A stretch of DNA of 32,000 bases, from contig NZ_PQWO01000013.1 in NCBI RefSeq assembly GCF_003231495.1, forward strand, positions 90,001 through 122,000, written 5' to 3'. Source of the stretch: Acaryochloris thomasi RCC1774. Its GTDB lineage: Bacteria; Cyanobacteriota; Cyanobacteriia; Thermosynechococcales; Thermosynechococcaceae. Under the pieces are notes generated by a model. The model was not told where the DNA came from, did not search any database, and saw nothing but the letters and a program-made list of their open reading frames with translations. Shown piece by piece: positions 25,836 to 32,000 of the stretch; the stretch's first letter is position 1; every line of letters starts with the position of its first letter. A program made the position numbers and the translations under genes.

Positions 25836-27368
25836 TTACAACCGGATACGCTGCCAGTTGAGTACGTCCCCGAATCGGTAGCGAGCAGGCCAATCTGTAT
25901 ATTTCAGCAAATCGGAAAGACTCGATACATCTTCAGGAACAGCAATGCCAGAGGTGGCCCCTGGAGTCACGAGCGTGTCGTACTCTTGACCGGTATAGCC
26001 AAGAAAGTTGACGTTTCGATTACCCGCTGCGTTTTTGGAGCTGAGAATCGCTTCGACCCAAGCAACTCCTTCAAAGTTCGTATTTCTCCCGCTAGGGCAG
26101 CCCGGTCCCGAAGTCATAAGGCGTAGTTCGTCTCGCCAAATCCACAGAAAGGCATTCTGAATACAGCTCTGATCATACAGCCGGACCAAGTTATCCGCTC
26201 TAGCCTTGATTCGTAAGTCTCCGACACGGGGAGCTTGCCCATCTGTGCGGACATTGAGAATTTTAGCTGTGTCTCTGAGGGTAATACTGAGCTGAGGATG
26301 GCTTCCGTCAGCCGTCATATCGATATAAACAGGGCCAACTGTCGTATCGACGGTCAGGGTATCGGCACCGGCCAGATCAATCTTGTCGAGCTGATAAAGA
26401 GTGGGGGAATTCCCACCCACCCCTCTCAGCGTTGTGCTGGAATTAATGGTGCCCAAGTTAGTGCCTTTGATACCGTCGGGTAGCGTGACCGTCATTTGGC
26501 ATCCTGTAATATCGCCAGAGATAGTGTCACCATTCGCACCATCGTTTGCAGAGGTTGACCATATCCCGTTTAAGTAATTTTGGCGATCGCTGTCTTCTGG
26601 AGCAGATGTATCCGTCAATGATGAATCAGGAGAATTAGCAGGAGCAAAATATACGTTACCTTTGCTGCCTAAGATCTCGCGTCCCCTGAGAGCTAGTACT
26701 CCCGTCTCCCAAGACGTATCGGGTTCCGGGACATGCATCAGTAGACCAGGAAAATCATCTAAATCTGGTTTTACCGAAAGCTTGATCATGACAGATGAAT
26801 GTTGGTCACCTTGATGCCCCTCAACTAAGAGAGTCCCTATACCTTGAGTTTCATCAAAGCGGTAGGCCCGAATCGTATAGGAACTGCCGCTGCCGATTTC
26901 GCCTGTGGTTACAAGCGTGGGTGCCCCCCAGCCTTTGACTCGAAAGCAAGATAAATCGCTGGGGTCATAACCAGTCCATTCATCAATCGCATCCCCACGT
27001 TCGTCGCCACTGTTGGGGATACCGTCCCTCCCTAAATAGGTTTTGCCAGTCTTTTGATTAATTGTGTCGTAGTTCCGAGACAGCAAAACAGAGTTGTTGG
27101 GCTGAGTGAATTGTGCCAGGGTTCGAGCAACCCCTCCCTCCGTAACAGCAAAGCCTGCTCCACCGTTTCGACGCTGTACAGATGAGTTCAAGCCACCCTG
27201 TGAGACAAGCACAGTGGTTACGCCTAAGGTCAACATGACAAATCCCAGACCCAGGGCCAAGGGCAACGCAAACCCTTGCTGCTCCCGACGTCCTGATTGG
27301 CTTGCCCATGAGCAGAAAAAAATACAAAATAAATGTCTTAAAGGCAATTTTTGGTTGGCTTTCGTCAT
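25836..27368 (-). CDS. Large secreted protein with PilX_N / pseudopilin-like hydrophobic N-terminus
   Basis: RREQQGFALPLALGLGFVMLTLGVTTVLV resembles the PilX N-terminal domain seen in minor pilin and HpsA-type proteins. The remaining 450 aa or so are Gly/Thr/Ser/Asp-rich with no family I recognise. ATG at 27368; the track begins at GTG 27407. Confidence 0.55.
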   Translation of the reverse strand: MTKANQKLPLRHLFCIFFCSWASQSGRREQQGFALPLALGLGFVMLTLGVTTVLVSQGGLNSSVQRRNGGAGFAVTEGGVARTLAQFTQPNNSVLLSRNYDTINQKTGKTYLGRDGIPNSGDERGDAIDEWTGYDPSDLSCFRVKGWGAPTLVTTGEIGSGSSYTIRAYRFDETQGIGTLLVEGHQGDQHSSVMIKLSVKPDLDDFPGLLMHVPEPDTSWETGVLALRGREILGSKGNVYFAPANSPDSSLTDTSAPEDSDRQNYLNGIWSTSANDGANGDTISGDITGCQMTVTLPDGIKGTNLGTINSSTTLRGVGGNSPTLYQLDKIDLAGADTLTVDTTVGPVYIDMTADGSHPQLSITLRDTAKILNVRTDGQAPRVGDLRIKARADNLVRLYDQSCIQNAFLWIWRDELRLMTSGPGCPSGRNTNFEGVAWVEAILSSKNAAGNRNVNFLGYTGQEYDTLVTPGATSGIAVPEDVSSLSDLLKYTDWPARYRFGDVLNWQRIRL

Positions 27369-27635
27369 TTTTACCCTATGGCAAAACGATTGCAGTGAGA
27401 GAAACACAGTAGCTACGTTTTAGCTCAGACTGCTGTGATCGAGGTCACAGAGCTTTCGTTTATATCATCGTATCGCTCTGGACTAGTCAGAGCCTCAGAA
27501 AATTCACGGGATTGCTTTGAAGGACAATAAAAGTGCCATTTAGATTCAGGATTATTTCATGCCTTTAAAGATTTTTATGGGCTGAATAAAACAGTAGCAA
27601 AACCCGCCGAATAATCTGCAATAAAACCCTAGAGA

Positions 27636-29204
27636 TTAGCGTTGGGCAAGGGACGGCAAGATATTTACAATGCCGGGGAAAGCCACCAAAAGCACCAGTA
27701 CAAAAAGCTGCAGAAGAATAAAGGGAACGGCACCCCGATAAATCTCTGATGTTTTAATTTCTGGAGGAGCCACACCACGCAGATAAAAGAGAGCGAATCC
27801 AAAGGGTGGCGTCAAAAATGAAGTCTGCAGGTTGACGCCTAGCAAGACGCCATACCAGATCAAATCAATGTCGAGAGATCGGGCCACTGGGACAAATAGC
27901 GGGATGACAATGAAAGCAATTTCAAAGAAATCAATGAAAAAGCCTAGGGAAAAAACTGTCAGCATGCTAACCAGCAAAAAGCCCATCTGCCCTCCCGGCA
28001 CATTGAGCAACAGATCGAACATAAAGCGATCGCCATCTAGTCCTCGAAAAACAAGACTAAAGGCTGTTGATCCCACTAGAATCATCATCACCATGCTGGT
28101 AATCCGCAGCGTAGCGTCTGAGACTTCTACTAACTTGGGAGCCGTGAACTGACCGTTGGCCCATGCCAATAGCACGGCGCCTAGGGCGCCCAAGGCACCC
28201 GCTTCAGTGGGGGTCGCAACACCAAAAAAGATACTGCCCAAGACCAGCAGAATCAAAACGAGGGGCGGAATCATAACCGTCACAACTCGCTGAGCCAAGT
28301 CCAGACCCTTCACATTACGCACCTCTGCGGGAAGGGCCGGTGCCACCTCAGGCTTTATAAGGGACACCACAATTACATGGAGCGCAAAGGCTGCAGAAAT
28401 CATTAGCCCAGGCAGTAAAGCCCCCAGAAAAAGATCCCCTACCGAGACCCCCAACTGATCGCCCAGCACCACCAGCACGACGCTGGGTGGAATAATTTGT
28501 CCTAAAGTCCCTGAAGCAACAATCACACCGGTCGCTAGCTCCTTGTTATAGCCGTAGCGCAGCATGATCGGCAGAGAGATCAGCCCCATTGCCACCACAG
28601 ATGCGGCTACGACACCCGTGGTGGCCGCCAGCATGGCTCCGACAAAAATCACGGCTAAGGCTAAACCGCCTCTTAACGGTCCGAACAAAATACCGATGGT
28701 TTCAAGGAGCTTTTCGGCCAATCCTGATTTCTCTAGCATCGACCCCATAAAAATGAAGTAGGGGATCGCCAAGAGAGTGTAATTGGACATCATGCCAAAG
28801 ATCCGCTCTGGCATGGCAGTGAGCAAATTGAAGTCAAACAGCTCCAACCGATCCCCTAGGGGCACCACGTAGGACATCACATCGTCGAAGACTTCTAAAC
28901 TGCTGCCCAGCAGCGCAAATAAGATGGCAACCCCTCCGAGAGAAAAGGCAACGGGATAGCCTAGGACGAGCAGCACTAAAGCAGCGACAAACATGGCCGG
29001 TCCCAGCCACTGTGGATCTAGCCAAAAGAAGTAATAAAGACCGGCAGCCGCAACGAGAGTAACGAGGGTGAGTATCCTGCCTTCGGTCATCGCAGTTCTC
29101 AAATCCCATTGAGGAACTAGAACTTGCAAGGCAAACAGGAGCACCGCAATGCTAAAAAGGGCTGCGGCTAGCAATTCAATCCCCATGCGGCGGCTCCTCT
29201 GCAT
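27636..29204 (-). CDS. TRAP transporter large permease subunit (DctM family)
   Basis: Polytopic membrane protein with DctM patterns (YTLLAIPYFIFMGSMLEKSGLAEKL, GTLGQIIPPS, LTPPFG). The canonical DctM N-terminus begins at Met71 (ATG 28994). The ORF is open upstream to 29204 and overlaps dctQ. Confidence 0.9.
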   Translation of the reverse strand: MQRSRRMGIELLAAALFSIAVLLFALQVLVPQWDLRTAMTEGRILTLVTLVAAAGLYYFFWLDPQWLGPAMFVAALVLLVLGYPVAFSLGGVAILFALLGSSLEVFDDVMSYVVPLGDRLELFDFNLLTAMPERIFGMMSNYTLLAIPYFIFMGSMLEKSGLAEKLLETIGILFGPLRGGLALAVIFVGAMLAATTGVVAASVVAMGLISLPIMLRYGYNKELATGVIVASGTLGQIIPPSVVLVVLGDQLGVSVGDLFLGALLPGLMISAAFALHVIVVSLIKPEVAPALPAEVRNVKGLDLAQRVVTVMIPPLVLILLVLGSIFFGVATPTEAGALGALGAVLLAWANGQFTAPKLVEVSDATLRITSMVMMILVGSTAFSLVFRGLDGDRFMFDLLLNVPGGQMGFLLVSMLTVFSLGFFIDFFEIAFIVIPLFVPVARSLDIDLIWYGVLLGVNLQTSFLTPPFGFALFYLRGVAPPEIKTSEIYRGAVPFILLQLFVLVLLVAFPGIVNILPSLAQR

Positions 29205-29787
29205 TAGGGCGGTTTAGAATAGCCCAGCTCTTAATTGCCTCAGACAGTCCCTGAAGGCTCAGCAGGGTGCAGCAGATTAGAATTGCAGACTTGATGGGAT
29301 AGCGAGGCAGCCCGCCGGGATCAGGGGAGATTTCACCTCTGGCCCAAGAGGCCATAATGCTGCTCCAAGAGGCTCCCATCACCATCAGACAAAAAGGGAT
29401 CAAAAAGAGAAGGCTGCCCAACAGGTTTACGATAGCTTTCTGGCGGGGAGATCTATTGCTGTAGAGCACATCGACTCTGACATGGTCGTTGTGGCGCAGC
29501 GTATAGGCTGCACCCAACAGAAAAATGAGGGAAAAGATATACCATTGACCTTCGATGAAGGCATTAGAACTCAGGTTCTGTCCCACCAATCGCCCAACAT
29601 AGCGACCGACCACATTCCAGACGCCCAACAGGAGCATCAAGGGCACTAGAAGAGTGACCAAATAACCAACACGGTCATTTGCCCGATCGATCCATCGGGA
29701 TAGCTGCAGTAGCTTGCGCAAAGTATCCTCCCATCCACTGAGGAATATCCTCTCAAATAAATGGAGATCTATGACAGAAATGGCCAT
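29176..29787 (-). CDS. TRAP transporter small permease subunit (DctQ family)
   Basis: 203 aa with four hydrophobic segments. It lies immediately upstream of the DctM gene and overlaps it, which is the typical dctQM arrangement. Confidence 0.8.
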   Translation of the reverse strand: MAISVIDLHLFERIFLSGWEDTLRKLLQLSRWIDRANDRVGYLVTLLVPLMLLLGVWNVVGRYVGRLVGQNLSSNAFIEGQWYIFSLIFLLGAAYTLRHNDHVRVDVLYSNRSPRQKAIVNLLGSLLFLIPFCLMVMGASWSSIMASWARGEISPDPGGLPRYPIKSAILICCTLLSLQGLSEAIKSWAILNRPNAEEPPHGD

Positions 29788-29858
29788 TTGCCATTGCTGA
29801 AGGGCAGTCTAGAGTCAAACCCGGATCAACAGAAACTCTACGTCTCAGGAGAATTAAG

Positions 29859-30482
29859 ATGAAACGACTCTTGTTAGCTGCCGTTATGATGCTGATGATT
29901 GCCTGTGGCGCTCTGGCGCAAATTGAGGATCGAAAGCGGTTGGAACAGATTTCTCAAGATCTGTTTACGGGGAAGTATGAGCAGGTAGAGCCGGAGGCTC
30001 GTGCCTATATCGAAGAGTATCCTGAGTCTGCTGATGGGCATCGCATTTTGGGCTGGATCGCCCTCAAGAAAGACAATCATGAGGAAGCTAAGACTTTCTT
30101 CAATAAGGCCATCGAACTTGATCCAAAGAACGATAATGCCTATGTCGGTTTAGGGTCTATCGCTCGCCAAGCAGGGGACCTGGAGCAGGCGATCAAGTAT
30201 TACGATCAGGCACTAGAGGTTAAATCTGATAACCCAGAAGTCTATGGAAGTTTGGTGGTAATAAATATTTTGCAAAAGGAGTATGACGTTGCGATCGCAA
30301 ATGGCGAAAAAGCCTTGAAGTATGACTTTGACGATCCGACTCTGTATGCAAATCTCTCAGTGGCTTACCACTACTCTGGCGACGAAGCCAGCCGCGACAA
30401 ATACTATCAGCTTGCCGAAAGCAAGGGCTACCCCAACGCCGCAACGCTCCAGCAAATCTTTAACGGAGAAATTGAGCTATAG
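29859..30482 (+). CDS. TPR-repeat protein with signal peptide (possible lipoprotein)
   Basis: AGGAG lies 8 nt upstream of the ATG. MKRLLLAAVMMLMIAC-GALAQ is a signal peptide with a lipobox-like MIAC. Several 34-aa TPR units follow (AKTFFNKAIELDPKNDNAYVGLG..., AIKYYDQALEVKSDNPEVY...). Confidence 0.8.
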   Translation: MKRLLLAAVMMLMIACGALAQIEDRKRLEQISQDLFTGKYEQVEPEARAYIEEYPESADGHRILGWIALKKDNHEEAKTFFNKAIELDPKNDNAYVGLGSIARQAGDLEQAIKYYDQALEVKSDNPEVYGSLVVINILQKEYDVAIANGEKALKYDFDDPTLYANLSVAYHYSGDEASRDKYYQLAESKGYPNAATLQQIFNGEIEL

Positions 30483-30493
30483 CAGGACACTAC

Positions 30494-32000
30494 TCAGGTT
30501 TTCTTTTTAACTGGATTGTGTTTAAAGTAGGCTTCAAGCACTTGACGCACAATGGGACCACAGGTAGAGCCGCCTCCGCCCCCCGTATTTTGTCCAAAGG
30601 CCACCACCACAAGCTCAGGTTTATCGAAGGGGGCATAGCCACCAAACCAGGTATGAGTTGGTCGGGGAGGATCCTCCCCCGTCCCGCTCTTGCCTGCTGA
30701 GGGAGGTAACGTTGGGACATTCAGGGCCTTACCAGTCCCACTAGTCACAACATCGCGCAACCCCGCTTGAATCGTTTTTAGAGTGCTGGACTTGAGGTCT
30801 AGTGACGTTCGATAGCTCTCAGCCGGTGCATCCGTCCTAAGAAAATGGGGTTTGACCCGATAGCCATCATTTGCGATCGCAGCAAACATCGCAGCAGCCT
30901 GAAGCGGACTAGCCTGCACCGCCCCTTGACCAATAGACACCATCACCGAATCAGCTGGATACCAGTCATTCTCAAACACCTTGCGCTTCCAGGTGGGAGT
31001 AGGGATAAAACCGGCTGACTCGCTGGGTAAATCAACCCCCGTTTTTTCACCCATCCCAAATCGTTGGGACCACTTCAGCATTTCGTCTGGCCCCACCTTT
31101 ACCGCAACTTGACCAAAGAAAGTGTTACTGCTCCACTGCAATGCCTGACGAAAACCAATGACGCCAAACCCAGCCCCGTTCCAAGACCCAACCCCGTGGA
31201 TAGAGGCGTAGGTTGAGAGCCGTGCATTGGGCGCATACTTACCCGACTCCATCCCAGCAACAGCCGTGATCACCTTGAAGGTGCTAGCTGGGGGGAAGGC
31301 TCGAGTGGCGCGATTCACCAGCGGGAACTTGCGCTCCTGGATTGTTTTCCAATTTGCTGAACTAATTCCCTGCACGAACCAGTTAGGATCAAACCCCGGA
31401 TGGCTCACCATTGCCCGCACTGAACCATCTCGTGGATCCAGGGCAACCACAGCACCAGGTCGATTTCCGAGCGCCTGTTCTGCAGCCTTTTGGACATCTA
31501 AATCCAGGGTCAGGGTGATACTGTCACCAGCTTGTGGCGGCTTTTGTCCGAGGACTCTGACAATACCGCCAGCACCATCGACTTCAACCTGTTGCCCACC
31601 CCAGACACCGTGCAACGTCTCTTGATACTGCGATTCTAGACCCGACTTGCCAATCACGTCCCCTAGCCGATATCCCTGATCTTTTTTCTCCGCATATTCT
31701 TCAGCATTAATTTCGCCAATATAACCCAGCACCTGAGCGGCCAATTCTCCATGGGGATAGAACCGAATGGCTTCCTTATCTATTTCAACGCCCACGAGTT
31801 CGGTGCTGCGCTCTTCAAGGGCAACCACCTGAGGAAAGCTTAACCCTTGGGAAATGCGCACCAACGATGGGGAATTTTCGCCCGCTTCTTCGAGAGGCTT
31901 TTGAATCTCAGTTTCTGGAATCTGCAAAATGTTGGAAAGAATCTTAAGGGTACGCGGCCACTGCGAGTCGCCTTGCACCAAGGGCCAGACAAACACAGAG
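30494..32000 (-). CDS. mrdA: Penicillin-binding protein 2 (elongasome transpeptidase), N-terminus outside the window
   Basis: The transpeptidase motifs are present: STFK (PPASTFKVITA), SSN (WSSNTFF) and K(S/T)G (GKSGTGE). The ORF stays open to the window edge. The track 'M' at 31996 is an internal GTG. Confidence 0.9.
   Translation of the reverse strand, partial: SVFVWPLVQGDSQWPRTLKILSNILQIPETEIQKPLEEAGENSPSLVRISQGLSFPQVVALEERSTELVGVEIDKEAIRFYPHGELAAQVLGYIGEINAEEYAEKKDQGYRLGDVIGKSGLESQYQETLHGVWGGQQVEVDGAGGIVRVLGQKPPQAGDSITLTLDLDVQKAAEQALGNRPGAVVALDPRDGSVRAMVSHPGFDPNWFVQGISSANWKTIQERKFPLVNRATRAFPPASTFKVITAVAGMESGKYAPNARLSTYASIHGVGSWNGAGFGVIGFRQALQWSSNTFFGQVAVKVGPDEMLKWSQRFGMGEKTGVDLPSESAGFIPTPTWKRKVFENDWYPADSVMVSIGQGAVQASPLQAAAMFAAIANDGYRVKPHFLRTDAPAESYRTSLDLKSSTLKTIQAGLRDVVTSGTGKALNVPTLPPSAGKSGTGEDPPRPTHTWFGGYAPFDKPELVVVAFGQNTGGGGGSTCGPIVRQVLEAYFKHNPVKKKT

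Noticed and set aside
1-32000. Search for mobile elements, CRISPR arrays, toxin-antitoxin pairs, restriction-modification or other defence islands
   Set aside because: I recognised no transposase, integrase, recombinase, Cas, reverse transcriptase, nuclease/ATPase defence signatures or regularly spaced repeat arrays. The only abundant repeat is HIP1, a genome-wide signature rather than a mobile element. The window looks like core chromosome.

Overview
This window looks like core chromosome from a cyanobacterium. The evidence is at least 14 copies of the HIP1 octamer GCGATCGC, plus psaM, vipp1, a PatA-type response regulator and a plant-type ferredoxin. I call 31 protein-coding genes, two of them cut by the window edges. 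I found no rRNA, tRNA, CRISPR array, transposase, integrase or recognisable defence system. The gene content is as follows. (1) Housekeeping genes: a class I aminotransferase, vipp1, murD, a ThrC-family enzyme, anmK, ndk and a PBP2 transpeptidase. (2) A seven-gene chemosensory operon on the minus strand (7484-15930). Its order is PatA-type regulator, CheY, CheW, MCP, [2Fe-2S] ferredoxin, hybrid CheA-REC, second CheW. (3) Envelope and transport genes: a TolC-like protein, TerC, TRAP DctQ/DctM, a TPR lipoprotein and a secreted pentapeptide-repeat protein. (4) Signalling: a PAS-GAF-GGDEF cyclase. (5) Poorly characterised genes: DUF1400-like, DUF2996-like, YbjQ, a PilX_N-like 510-aa secreted protein and a short group II PLP decarboxylase. 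Two observations deserve the most follow-up. First, a plant-type ferredoxin paralog sits between the MCP and CheA genes of the taxis operon. Second, a Zn-ribbon ThrC-family PLP enzyme is followed by a CysO-like sulfur-carrier protein ending in Gly-Gly, which suggests protein-thiocarboxylate-dependent thiol amino-acid synthesis. Smaller points are a 31-codon psaM hidden inside a longer track ORF, repeated motifs in two intergenic regions, and an orphan pseudopilin-like protein. All family assignments come from motif recognition by eye, with no database search. I do not see a clear-cut novel multi-gene system here, and the interest scores reflect that.
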